Shown: positions 37,075 to 48,955 of the stretch, one piece after another
Layout: each line of letters starts with the position of its first letter
Position numbering within the stretch: the stretch's first letter is position 1
NCBI RefSeq assembly: GCF_001194135.2
Contig: NC_068994.1
Coordinates: 57,957,651 to 58,021,650 of the forward strand
DNA length: 64,000 bases
Direction of reading: 5' to 3'
Origin: Octopus bimaculoides
Taxonomy: Eukaryota
Translations under genes and position numbers: made by a program
Notes under the pieces: generated by a model
What the model was told of the DNA's origin: nothing
Seen by the model: the letters and a program-made list of their open reading frames with translations, nothing else
Databases searched by the model: none

Positions 37075-37689
37075 GTAAGAAGCTGCTTATTTCTTTTCCC
37101 ATACACCTTTCTTTTGTTTTGCTTTGTTATATTTTTGTGTGTTGTTCGTGGGGTCATCTGGTATGTTTTGTATATGCATCAGTTTACCCTTCCATTTAGT
37201 TAAGGTCACTTTTTCCTTCTTTCTCTTCTTGTGAGTAGGAACCCCAATTCAATGCTGGTTGTCTTGTAGGTGAAGCTACCTTTGATCAATACAAATACTG
37301 CTAACATATTTACAGTAGTGAACCGAGAGTTGTGAATAATTAAAGTTGCATCTTTAATAATGAAGTATTATATTAATGACTAATTCTGGTCTAAAACTGC
37401 AGGGGAGACAATCCTGCAGTTTAAAATGAAAATGTGAGCAATGTAGAGTGGAGTGTTAGTGTAACATTGGTAGTATGGTGATGGGTTTCAGGCTTATTGA
37501 ACCTCATTAATAAAGTATAAATTAACCATTACTTAGAACTTGCCCTATGGATCATCTTGCCTATATTTCTATTCATAAATAGTTTTTAATTCTTTTGGGT
37601 CAACACGTGGCTTTTGGTACAAGAAACACAAGTGTGTTGTTGTTGTTTGCGTATTTTAATTCTCTTTTTTTCTCTTTCTCCCCTTCTAG

Positions 37690-37764
37690 TATGCCAGTGC
37701 AATGGCCATAGCATCTGTAATGAGAGTACAAACATTTGTATAGAATGTCAAAATAATACCACAG
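37690..37764 (+). CDS. ATRN: Attractin exon 17: laminin-EGF 1, part a
   Basis: Acceptor cccttctag|; CQCNGHSICNESTNICIECQNNTT; donor G|GTAAAT. Confidence 0.93.
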
Positions 37765-37923
37765 GTAAATATACACATATGTCTCTCTCTCTCTCTCTCA
37801 TATATATGGCCCTCCCCCCCATTTATACCTGTTGTCACTTATGCATATGCTTGCTCATATGCAGTTTGGTATCTCTGTAATTACATCTGTTTTAGGCATC
37901 CCCTTCACTCTTGTAACAGTTGA

Positions 37924-37959
<36 letters not shown>

Positions 37960-38464
37960 TCCATGCTAATAAATATACATGCTGTGAGGTCCCCATTTAT
38001 GAATGGTTCTCTGAATGAACAAATTGAATAACTAACATATATGTATATATTTATCAAAACCGGAGATTGGAAATATTTTTTGGTATTAGTTATTCACCAT
38101 TACATGTTTTATTTGCTAATAAGTCTTACAAAATGGTACATAGGAAAAACATGTAAGAAATTCTACATACAGAGAACCAATTAATACAAATATTATTTAC
38201 CATTATTTTTCAACACTTACGCCTGCCTCACACTTGTAACATCTACATACAACTTTGGAGTCCCGGAATATGCAGATGTTCTTCCTAAGGACACAGCTTG
38301 GATTATGAATCATCTACATACATATATATCTATGTATTTGCTTTATATATATCCCTTGCTTATACATGTCTCCCTAACTAATATCACACATGCACACACC
38401 TCTGTTGACTTTCCCCCTACCTACCCACACACCTTACCTCTCTTCTTCTCTCTGTTTTCTTCAG

Positions 38465-38530
38465 GTGAGACATGTGATCGATGCCAGAAAGGATTTTTTG
38501 GAGCTCCTGAAAATGGTGGCCTGTGTAAAC
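38465..38530 (+). CDS. ATRN: Attractin exon 18: laminin-EGF 1, part b
   Basis: Acceptor ttttcttcag|; GETCDRCQKGFFGAPENGGLCK; donor C|GTAAGT, phase 1. Confidence 0.93.
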
Positions 38531-39004
38531 GTAAGTTGTAACCCCTGTTTATTGGTGAGAGATGTAGGAGGGATGCACAGCCCCTCCCAGATGGGGTTAT
38601 AATGTAGGTAATGTTTAGCTGGACAGTAAGATTGATATGCTTACTGTTCAACTTGATAGATTTATATATTGATTAGTGTGTGTGTCTGTGTGTATATGTG
38701 AATATATTAGAGTCAGGTATATAGTAAAGGCATATATGAGCCAGTGAATGGTGAAATTATACAAAAGCCAACTCGTGCTGGGGTATATATTGACGTGAGA
38801 AATTGCTGAGTGTATATAAAGGCCAGTGTGTGGTGGTTTAAGTGAAGACAGCCTATGTTGTATGTAGAAATAGAATAATACATGGTGTGTATATATGAAG
38901 ACAAGTATATATTGTGTTTGTATTATGAAAGCTTCTATATGCCTATGTATGTATGTGTTTGGTGTGTTTGTGTGTGTGTGTGTGTGCACACACAGACACA
39001 CACT

Positions 39005-39046
<42 letters not shown>

Positions 39047-39881
39047 NNNNNNNNNNNNNNNNNNNNNNNNNNNNNNNNNNNNNNNNNNNNNNNNNNNNNN
39101 NNNNNNNNNNNNNNNNNNNNNNNNNNNNNNNNNNNNNNNNNNNNNNNNNNNNNNNNNNNNNNNNNNNNNNNNNNNNNNNNNNNNNNNNNNNNNNNNNNNN
39201 NNNNNNNNNNNNNNNNNNNNNNNNNNNNNNNNNNNNNNNNNNNNNNNNNNNNNNNNNNNNNNNNNNNNNNNNNNNNNNNNNNNNNNNNNNNNNNNNNNNN
39301 NNNNNNNNNNNNNNNNNNNNNNNNNNNNNNNNNNNNNNNNNNNNNNNNNNNNNNNNNNNNNNNNNNNNNNNNNNNNNNNNNNNNNNNNNNNNNNNNNNNN
39401 NNNNNNNNNNNNNNNNNNNNNNNNNNNNNNNNNNNNNNNNNNNNNNNNNNNNNNNNNNNNNNNNNNNNNNNNNNNNNNNNNNNNNNNNNNNNNNNNNNNN
39501 NNNNNNNNNNNNNNNNNNNNNNNNNNNNNNNNNNNNNNNNNNNNNNNNNNNNNNNNNNNNNNNNNNNNNNNNNNNNNNNNNNNNNNNNNNNNNNNNNNNN
39601 NNNNNNNNNNNNNNNNNNNNNNNNNNNNNNNNNNNNNNNNNNNNNNNNNNNNNNNNNNNNNNNNNNNNNNNNNNNNNNNNNNNNNNNNNNNNNNNNNNNN
39701 NNNNNNNNNNNNNNNNNNNNNNNNNNNNNNNNNNNNNNNNNNNNNNNNNNNNNNNNNNNNNNNNNNNNNNNNNNNNNNNNNNNNNNNNNNNNNNNNNNNN
39801 NNNNNNNNNNNNNNNNNNNNNNNNNNNNNNNNNNNNNNNNNNNNNNNNNNNNNNNNNNNNNNNNNNNNNNNNNNNNNNNNN
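39047..39881. other. Assembly gap, probably hiding attractin exon 19 (start of laminin-EGF 2)
   Basis: 835 N. Exon 18 ends in phase 1 and exon 20 starts in phase 2, and the expected C.CNGH...C.C.TKG..G..C segment is absent from the sequenced flanks. Confidence 0.75.
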
Positions 39882-40306
39882 GTACCCTTATCAGACAGGT
39901 AGTCATGATGGATATATTGGGTTTCATATATTTGTACCTCAGTGTCTCTTTGTGGCACCTCCAAGATTGGTGGGACTGCTTCAGTTTCTGGTAAGTTTTC
40001 AGTATATATATATATATATATATATATATGTAAAATTAGTATAAACAGCAGTTTGCAATGTACCACCAAAAAGGAGAATTACAAATGTCACTAAATGTGA
40101 CTAGGGTGTTAGGAAACACCTACATTGCTAGAAATAAGAGTTAAAATGCTCTAATAGTATAGTTAAGGCACATGAATGGAAACATGTACACTAACAGGGA
40201 CCATAATCGTCCCAAAAATGCTGATATATGTATGTATTTGTGTATCGACTTGTCAATTCCAGATTTATAACCTCTAACTATTCACGGTTTCTATTTTAAC
40301 CTCTAG

Positions 40307-40362
40307 GTGCGACACATCAGAAAAATATATTGGGAACCCAAATGATGGTGGAACTTGCTATT
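40307..40362 (+). CDS. ATRN: Attractin exon 20: end of laminin-EGF 2
   Basis: Acceptor aacctctag|; CDTSEKYIGNPNDGGTCY; donor T|GTAAGT. Confidence 0.9.
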
Positions 40363-40494
40363 GTAAGTTGTTCATTTTTGTGCTATTTTCATATTTTATT
40401 ATATGTCTTCATTTGAAATCTGTGTGTGTGTGTGTATACATATCTATAAATATAATTTATATATTTATAGAGAGAGAGAGAGAGAGAGACAGTG

Positions 40495-40740
40495 AAGGCA
40501 CTTGGCCTAGTGGTCAGGCTGTTTCACTCACAATTACTAGATTGTGGGTTCTCTTCCCAGACCAGGTGGTGCATTGTGTTCTTCAGAAAAACACTTTACA
40601 TATTACTCCAGACCCCCTTCTGATCTGCAGGAAATATTGGTCTGCTCCCCTAGCCAGCGAGGTGGCATCATTCGAAGGCTAAAACAATGCAAAGTGCATT
40701 GCAGCCAGTGATGTGTCACAACAGTCCCGTCGGTCACGTA
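40495..40740 (+). mobile_element. tRNA-derived SINE, family C
   Basis: GGCACTTGGCCTAGTGGTCAGG head; body resembles the 52602 copy (GGCATCATTCGAAGGCTAAAACAATGC). Confidence 0.6.
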
Positions 40741-40753
40741 ATCATGGGAGATA

Positions 40754-40789
<36 letters not shown>

Positions 40790-41253
40790 TACTGAGATGA
40801 ATCACAAGTAAATTATGATGAAGGTTAGTTCTTTCACAGAGGAAGAAATTCACTTCAGAGGAAATAAAATTGAATTTGCTTGGAAAGGATGATAGTTAAC
40901 AGTAATGGTGACATTGACTGAAAATCTTTTGTCCTCCCATAGCTAGGGATTAGTGGTAGACCGTATTAAAGGAACAGTGGTATAGAGACTGTCAAGTCAA
41001 CTGTGACAGATTATTAGATGGACAGAGGTAGAGAGGGTCTTGGGTGGATAGTGGTAGGTCTGATCTAGAAACAATGATATTCTTGCAATTGATATGAATT
41101 CAGGATCCAGGAGCTGCTGGGTGGTGTGTGTGTGTGGGTATGGAGAGAATGCTTATTGTGTGATCCTTAATATATATTATGTATTTTCACTGAATGTGGT
41201 ATGGTATGTGTGTATATGTAACTTATTCATTTCCTGTCTAATTTATTTTTTAG

Positions 41254-41348
41254 ATCAGTTATTAACAGATTACCAGTTTACCTTCAACCTGTCTAAACCA
41301 AATGATCACTATTACACTCAAATCAACTTCATGAATCGTCCTTCTGCC
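41254..41348 (+). CDS. ATRN: Attractin exon 21
   Basis: Acceptor tttttag|; QLLTDYQFTFNLSKPNDHYYTQINFMNRPSA; donor GCC|GTAAGT. Confidence 0.95.
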
Positions 41349-41569
41349 GTAAGTCGTTATTCTCCATTCCTCTCTTAATAAACATCAATCACATCTATGA
41401 GAGACAACTCTGAGATTGGCTCCCTTCAGTTTTTCTACTGCGGATTCTGTCATTATTTTAGTCTAGGAACATCATCATAATAATAATAATAATAATAATG
41501 AATCAAAACTTGAAAGAGTTGGTCCATATCTATGCAGGTTAATATTTTGGCATTATAAGATCAAAGCTG

Positions 41570-41760
41570 TTGATCTTGTGCCTATAATAGGTCTGAAATT
41601 TTGTGTGAGTGGGTAAGTCAATTACATTGACCCCAGTACTTGACTGGTACTTGTTTCATCAACTCCACAAGAATGAAAGGCAAATTCGACCTCAGCAAGA
41701 CAAATGAAGTGTTGCAAAGCATTTTGTCTGGCATAGGAACGATTCTGCCAACTCACTGCC

Positions 41761-41762
<2 letters not shown>
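41570..41762 (-). mobile_element. SINE family B copy
   Basis: ATTGACCCCAGTACTTGACTGGTAC...GGCAAATTCGACCTC...GATTCTGCCAACTCACTGCC. Confidence 0.7.
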
Positions 41763-41794
<32 letters not shown>

Positions 41795-42296
41795 AGAAAA
41801 GGCATCGGAGGGGTGATGCATACCCTGCACGCATACAAGGATAAAATAAAATTTAATAATCTTAGACGAATTCATATTTCAACAAAATGGCCTCAAGAGT
41901 TATTTCCCTTATTTATCGTTTCTGCAAAGGTAAACAAAGAAAAAAAAAAGAAAAAACACTGATTCACCAAACCAAAATTTCATGAGTTCCAGCCACTCAC
42001 CCAATGAGGATTTCTGCCAAATTTGGTGGAGATCCATTCAGCCGTTTTCCAGTAATTTTGCAAACACACAGACAAAACAAGCGACTACAATACCCTGCCA
42101 GAACAGACACAGTCGCCTGGGGGTAGTCTTCTGCATGGAAAGCAGACATTAAATGATGATGATGTATATTGAAATATTTTGAATAAAGATTTAGGTCTTG
42201 TGTTGTTGTTGTTGGGTTAATACAAGAAAGTGAAAATTTGTTGTAATGGCCGTCATTAACGGTTTTAACCGTTTCTTTTTCTTTCTTATTTCTTAG

Positions 42297-42366
42297 GGTG
42301 ACCGTGATGTTGACTTCTCAGTAAATTGTTCTCGATTTGCAAATCTCAATATATCGTATAACTCAA
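42297..42366 (+). CDS. ATRN: Attractin exon 22
   Basis: Acceptor atttcttag|; GDRDVDFSVNCSRFANLNISYNS; donor A|GTAAGT. Confidence 0.88.
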
Positions 42367-42874
42367 GTAAGTCCTTCTTGTTAAACTCTCTTACACACAT
42401 TGCCTGGTTTATCTGGTGGAGGAGGTGGCTGTGATGACAGTAGCGACAGTGGGGGTGGCGATGGTGACAGGGACGACAATCATGATGATAATATTGGTTT
42501 CAAACATTGATTCCAGTGTGGAAACTGGTATTTATTTTATTGCGGATGAAAGGATGAAAGGCAACGTAGACCTCGGTGGAATTTGAACACAGTGTGTGAA
42601 GACAAACAAAATGCCACTAAGTATTTCGCCTGGCAATGCTAATGATTCTGTCAGCTTTGCTGTCTTCAGTTATAATGATAATATTGGTGGGGATAATAAC
42701 GTACAATGATGGCAGCAGCAGCTAGTAATAGTAGTAGCAGTAGTAGTAGTAGAAGAATTTCCCACTTCTGCTAAAGTAAATGTTTCCTGTGGAGTTAGCT
42801 AATTGATTGTCAAGATACAATATCAAGGATACAACATGGTTCTGACTTTTATAGAGGGTGTAATGTAGTGATGG

Positions 42875-43085
42875 TGAAGGCTGGCTCACTGGTTAGAGCA
42901 TCGAACTTATAACTGTGAGGTAGTGAGCTTGATTCCTGGACTGGGCTGTCTGTTGTGTTCTTGAGCAAGACACTTTCTTTCACATTGCTCCAGTTCACTC
43001 AGCTGTAGAAATGAGTTGTGATGTCCCTGGTGCCAAGCTGTATCAGCCTTTGCCTTTCCCTTGGGTATCATCGGTAGCTTGAAGA
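42875..43085 (+). mobile_element. SINE family C copy
   Basis: GGCTCACTGGTTAGAGCATC...CTTGAGCAAGACACTTTCTTTCACATTGCTCCAGTTCACTCAGCTG. Confidence 0.65.
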
Positions 43086-43327
43086 GAGGAGGCTTCTTTC
43101 AGTTTCTGTTTACCAAATCCACTCACAAAGCTTTGGTTGGCCCAAGGCTATAATAGACGACACTTGACCAAGGTGCCATGCAGTGGGACTGAACACAGAA
43201 CCATGTGGTTGAGAAGCAAGTTTCTTACCACACAACCACACTCAATCCTTTTCCTGTCCTCTTTTATCTATAAACTTTTTCATCATTTGTATATGAATGT
43301 CATCCTTTGTGTGTTTCTTTCTTTCAG

Positions 43328-43479
43328 CTTCCGAACCAGCTGGTAAAATATTAGACTCCGGTGCTCGGTGCTATAATTACAAAATGAAATTTTCCCACAA
43401 ACAATACACATTCGGAGAAACTGATAACACCACCTTTTATGTATATGTATATGGCTTCAAAACACCATTTTCTTTGCAG
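43328..43479 (+). CDS. ATRN: Attractin exon 23: juxtamembrane ectodomain
   Basis: Acceptor ctttcag|; SEPAGKILDSGARCYNYKMKFSHKQYTFGETDNTTFYVYVYGFKTPFSLQ; donor CAG|GTTAGT, phase 0. Confidence 0.93.
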
Positions 43480-43555
43480 GTTAGTTTATTTCTTTACTTT
43501 TTTTTTTCTGTTGTTGTTTTTTTTTGTATGTGTGTGTGTGTTATGCTTAGTGAGA

Positions 43556-43960
43556 GATGGATTTATGGCAGTGAACCATTGGCTGTCGGAACTACCATCA
43601 TGAATGCTCTCGTTGTAGCCAATCAGAGAAAGGAACGAATCATGCTCACCATTACATTACAGAGCAAGAAAACCAATGCCTGGATTCAACAGCATTACAA
43701 GAGCCAGCAACATCATAAAAACCATCAAAGAATACAATTGTAGATGGGTTGGCCACATTGTGCGACTGAAAGATAACAGATGGACAACAAGGGAGATGCA
43801 ATGGACACCAAGACAATGGACAAGATCACAAGCCAACCAAAGACAAAATCGTGAGATGATCTCACTTGCTATCTGGGGCCTCCATGGCTATGACTGACCA
43901 GAGATAGACAACAGTGGAAGAAGTCCAGGGAGGGGTTCCTCTTTCAAAAGCAATGAAGTC
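43556..43960 (+). mobile_element. RTE-like LINE 3' ORF remnant in intron 23, sense orientation
   Basis: IYGSE...TIMNALVVANQRKERIMLTITLQSKKTNAWI, then after a frameshift NIIKTIKEYNCRWVGHIVRLKDNRWTTREMQWTPR; typical C-terminus of RTE-clade ORF2 (W.WAGH..R..D.RW...W.P). Confidence 0.8.
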
Positions 43961-44017
43961 CTGGAGAGGTGGAGGTTGAGGGGCTTAAATCTACAATGAT
44001 TTTGTTTTGATTTTAGT

Positions 44018-44254
44018 GAAGATGGTTGGTTGTGATGATGATGGTTGAATGGAGATGGTCGATGAAGATGGTTGGTTGTGATGATGATGGTTGAATGGAG
44101 ATGGTCGATGAAGATGGTTGGTTGTGATGATGATGGTTGAATGGAGATGGTCGATGAAGATGGTTGGTTGTGATGATGATGGTTGAATGGAGATGGTCGA
44201 TGAAGATGGTTGGTTGTGATGATGATGGTTGAATGGAGATGGTCGATGAAGATG
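44018..44254. repeat. 46-bp minisatellite, 5 identical copies plus a partial
   Basis: Unit GAAGATGGTTGGTTGTGATGATGATGGTTGAATGGAGATGGTCGAT starts at 44018, 44064, 44110, 44156 and 44202. Confidence 0.95.
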
Positions 44255-44382
44255 AGATGGTTGTTGTTGTTGATGATGATGATATATTGAAGATGTAACA
44301 ATGTTGATGACATTGATGATGACAGTGAAGATGGCCCCCTAGTGTTACCAACTAATCTGTTATCTTTTCTTGTTTCTCTCAG

Positions 44383-44441
44383 ATAACGTTCACACAACAG
44401 AGAAATATCGACCTGGTGAATTTTTTTGTCACCTTCTTTAG
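44383..44441 (+). CDS. ATRN: Attractin exon 24: start of transmembrane region
   Basis: Acceptor tttctctcag|; ITFTQQRNIDLVNFFVTFFS (compare human IAFSQHSNFMDLVQFFVTFFS, recalled); donor AG|GTAAGT, phase 2. Confidence 0.93.
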
Positions 44442-46974
44442 GTAAGTCCTATTCCATTATTTATAGAATTTCTGTGACATTGTTCTGTCATTCTTTCTTC
44501 CAAATTGAGCCACACATCAGCTCACTGCTCCTTACAGAAACACTATGGTCATTCACAGCCTTTAAACCGTCTCTTACAACATTGGTTCCGAATTCTCAGC
44601 CATAACTTCATCTCTTGAAGAAACCTGAAAGACAACAGTGTCCGTTAATTAAATAAATCCCAGTATATGACTGGTATTTATGCAGACAAAAGACAGAGGT
44701 GACCTTTGTGGCATTTAAATGTGAACAAACTCAACAAAAAATGCTGTTTGCTGTTCTACCTATACTGTTTCCAATCTACTGCTGACATAATTGGAGATAA
44801 AATTCATTAAAATCTGAGGTGAAATTATACTTTCATTCTTCCAGACAAGTCAATAAAATAAAGTACCACTCGTGTTCTGGGGTTAGTTTCACTAACTATA
44901 GTCATTTGTCCGAGTTTTGTGGGATTGTCAGAAATGCTAAAACGGTGGTGCAATATTTGGCCTGGTTTATAGGGGAGATACTGTGAATGATTCAGCAATC
45001 ACTCAGGTTCATGTAACATGGCTGTACAGTGAGAATATATGAGAAAATATGTGAGGAAAAAAAAAAGGATACTGTAATGGCAAGGGGGATAATTCTTTTA
45101 TTGGATAATATTTGTCCTCACTTAAACATGGTTGACCTGTTAGAACAAACTGTACTGTGGTAGTTAACATGAAAGGAACTCTCATAGCTGGGTTATGTCC
45201 CTTCAGTCAAGACATTTAGAGTTGAGTTTGACACATATATACTCGGCATTAATAATAATCTTGTGTAGGACATTTTCTGACAAAGAGTGATGGTTTTATC
45301 TTTGGTATAAAACATATCGCGTCACTTAATATTGAACTTGTGAATCTTTAGTGTATAGGTGTAGTATGAAGAGAATGTTAAAACCCATGGCGAGCAGAGG
45401 CATTTGAATAGGAGAAAGCCTAATGTGAATCTAACCCGATGCAGAGGAGGGCATCCATAAGTTTAACAATAGGAATTTGTCTAGATGCAGACATTTTGTA
45501 AACATTCCTGACCTCAAATTTAGATAGTCACTGCTGTTTTAAAACTTAATGAGGATGTGTGGTTCTTCATTGGTGTATGGCCTTGATATTTCTAAAACGT
45601 CCCACTTAATGACGTATAGAGCTGTCTTTCAGTTTCCAGTTGTAGCTTGTGAGCTGCATGTTGTTCTTATGTTACACGCCTGTAAAAAGATTGACAGTTG
45701 CAGTATCTCTTTTTGAAGTCAACTTCACTTAGGCCAGTGTATATATATATTTTTTTCTGTTGGGCCCCTTATTTAGCAGAATGAAGGTGAGCTGAATTTC
45801 ATATACAACCGAGTTACCCTTGTACATTCTGTCAAGTGGCCAGGTTTCTGGGTTTCGGTAGTTGCAGTTTGGAGTGAGCTTATTGGTTGGCCTACCATAT
45901 TTTCTGGCATACAAGTCAATGTAGCATACAGTTTAAATATGTAGTGTAAACATTCAAATGTTGTCGCTATCTTTTCAAATCCCACAACATTTCACACGGA
46001 ATTTTTGGTTCTCCAAGGTCGTTTTGGTGTATAAGCCAACCTACCATTTTTGGCTGTAAATTTTGATTTGAAACTTTTGCCCAGTATACCAGAAAATACA
46101 GTATGTGAAATAATGGTTTTCATATGAGGACCACATAGTGTGTGTATTTATCACTATATATTATAGCAAACAAGAGGGAACTGAGAAGTGAGCCTTAATG
46201 AATACATACTTGCTAAATTTCTTATGAGGTTGGGAGAGGGGAATTGCAGAGGTATTTTGGAAAGGAGAAAATGAAACTCTCCATGGTGCTATGTAACTAG
46301 TTTGAAGTTAGGTCTTGAGTAAATGGTAAAGTATCCCTAAGGCAGTTGGACTGGTTTTGAGACTGAGCCACTGTTACTGACGACTTGGTTTGACTGTAGT
46401 CTCAGACAGAACCACATTAATCTGGAACCTATTCTCAAGAGCTAAGTGAACTGATGCAATGAAAAATATAGTTTTTTGGCCAGGAACAAAGCAAAACACT
46501 GGTAATGTATTTGAACTCCTTATCCATTGATAACTGGTTCAATACCTTGTTGCCACTATCTTCTTATTTCTATGGATCTAGCAGATATATACTTTATCAT
46601 CCATGTGTGTGTGTTAATGCCATCCCAGCCCTCATTATCTACACCTCTGATCAAAAATTCCACTTGGAGCTGTCCAAATTTTTAATTCAGACATACTTTG
46701 TCTAGCACTATATTGTATAATGTCTTCCGTTTTTTAAAAATCAGTATTGTGTAATTTGAGGGAAATATATCTACAGTTCAGGTAACATGTAGAGGCTGAT
46801 GTATATGTAGGCAAGTAGTATCATTATTACACCGATATCAGCATTGTTACTAATTAAATCACTGAGACAGTATTAGAACCCCTATCACATGTGGCACATG
46901 TGAAACATATCAATACCATGGTGATCTTTCCTCGTTTCCTCTCATCTGTCATCCAACATCCATATTGACATTAC

Positions 46975-47039
46975 TCACACCTCTCTCTCTCTCCTTCTCT
47001 CTTTCTCTCTCTCTCCTTCTCTCTCTCTCTCTCTCTTTC

Positions 47040-47100
<61 letters not shown>
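46975..47100. repeat. (CT)n-rich tract
   Basis: Direct reading. Confidence 0.9.
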
Positions 47101-47104
<4 letters not shown>

Positions 47105-47695
47105 ATGTATATATATATATCCATCTGAATGTAGAATAATAAATGTTATCGTATCTGTATGTATGGTGTGTATATGTGATATTTATTTAGAAATATCTTA
47201 ACTCTGAAGCAAGATATAGGTTATAATGAAGCAATTCAATAAACGTATGTGTGTGTGGGGGGTGGATAACAAGTTCATTTTACAATCACATGATTTTGGG
47301 TTTAATCCAAAGCTTTCTGAGTAAAATTTGGTAATTGAAAATTGCAAAGCCCCGTCAGATGTGTTTGTGTGTGGTATGTTATATTGGCAGGGATGCCAGA
47401 ATCATTAAGATCTTGAAGCAGATGTATGTGAGCGTGTGCGTGCATGTGTGCATCCGTGTGTGTGTGTGTGTGCATATACACACATGCACATACATACACA
47501 TTATGTCTGTGGGGGTGGCTTTGGTTGGTAATAATCTCAGTTGGTTACCATGGTATTGGGTGGGGATATCCTAGTGGACTTATTGATACGATGATTGGAC
47601 AGAATTGTGATTGTTAATAGGTTAATGGTGTCTGCACCTTTGTTGTGAGGTTAGGGGATGGGTCAGCTGAAGCAACCAAAGACTTGTGTGGACAT

Positions 47696-47727
<32 letters not shown>

Positions 47728-47954
47728 TTCAAAAAGACTAAGAGAGATTTTAAAATAGAAATATTCAACTAAATTCAAATTTCTTTGGTTGTTTCCTCGT
47801 TTTGTAAAAATATTCATTGGTCAAATATATTTGCAGTTATGTCCTTTCCTTGTCATACTTTAATCTCTCTCCTGGCACACAGCCATTTCCCTTGGTTCCG
47901 CTCCCTCTCTCAACTAAGCGGTCTTCATCTTGCAAATTACTTGGCGACTCTGCT

Positions 47955-48170
47955 GGTGCTACATGCAATGCACCTGTGCCAGTGCCATATAAGAAGCAAC
48001 AGTGCTGGTGCCATGTAAAAAGCACCCAGTACACTCTGTGGAATGGCTGATGTTAGGAAGGGCATCCAGCCGTAGAAACCCTGCCAAAATAGAAAATTGC
48101 AGCTCTCCAGTTTCTGTCAGACCATCCGACCCATGCCAGCATGGGAACCAGGCGTTAAATGATGATGATG
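47955..48170 (+). mobile_element. (GAT)n-tailed retroelement 3' end
   Basis: Same blocks as the 34655 copy. Confidence 0.7.
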
Positions 48171-48475
48171 TATCATTTGGTCAAATTGACATGGGTTTAT
48201 GAACATATATCATTAGAGAAAGAGCGGTGGGGGGAGAATTGGGGATAATAATTCATTATGTTTAAATGCTCCCCCCCCACCATATGTAGAGCAAGTTTTT
48301 GTTCCCATTTTTCATTCATTTTTTGGTTAACTTTGAGTTGCAATTGTGTAACAGAACAGTCGATGTGTGAAGTGGTTGGGTATGTATCCAACGTAGCTCT
48401 ACATATGCACACGTGTGTGCATACACACACATGCATGTATGTGTGTATTATGGATATATATCAGGGATGTGGTAC

Positions 48476-48692
48476 AGGTGTGGCTGTGCAGTAAGAAGTT
48501 TGCTTCCCAACCACATGGTTCCAGGTTCAGTCCCACTGTGTGGCACCTTGGGCAAGTGTCTTCTGCTGTAACCTTGGGCCAACCAAAGTCTTGTGAGTGG
48601 ATTTAGTAGACGGAAACTGAAAGAAGCCCATCATATNNNNNNNNNNNNNNNNNNNNNNNNNNNNNNNNNNNNNNNNNNNNNNNNNNNNNNNN

Positions 48693-48745
<53 letters not shown>

Positions 48746-48955
48746 TTGTGTGTGTCTGTGTTTGTCCCTCCACTAATCGCTTGACAACTGATGTTGGTGT
48801 GTTTAAGTTCCTGTAACTTAGCAGTTTGGCAAAAGAGACTGATAGAACAAGTACTAGGCTTACAAAAATTAAGCCTGAGGTCAATTTGTTTGACTAGAGG
48901 CAGTGCTTCAGCATGGCCGCAGTCAACTGACTGAAACGAGTAAAAGAATGAAAGA
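48476..48955 (+). mobile_element. SINE family A copy spanning a small gap
   Basis: GGTGTGGCTGTGCAGTAAG...GAAAGAAGCCC [gap, (TA)n] ...CAGCATGGCCGCAGTCAACTGACTGAAACGAG. Confidence 0.8.

Larger units (their letters stand above)
745..44441 (+). other. ATRN: Attractin-like gene (ATRN/ATRNL1/distracted family), multi-exon, 3' part not in window
   Basis: 23 exons with GT-AG boundaries and matching phases splice into EGF-CUB-EGF-EGF-kelch-PSI-laminin EGF-juxtamembrane sequence. Motifs match attractin as recalled: GYVTDGPANY, FGGNTHN..S...GAKCYS.DFMAYD, CQCNGHS.C, DYQFTFNLS, IDLVNFFVTFFS. Confidence 0.95.

Noticed and set aside
85-39994. Long ORFs in the track filled with X (for example 4793-5692, 8820-9668, 32098-32892, 38648-40069)
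   Set aside because: They are artefacts of translating through N gaps and neighbouring microsatellites.
40049-40095. TGTACCACCAAAAAG (CTTK) as the missing exon 19
   Set aside because: It lacks C.CNGH, hits a stop within a few codons, and has no suitable phase 1 acceptor or phase 2 donor.
44018-44254. Regular 46-bp repeat as a CRISPR array or His-rich protein (minus-strand ORFs 43888-44397)
   Set aside because: The units are contiguous with no spacers, the context is eukaryotic intron, and the ORFs are just repeat translations.
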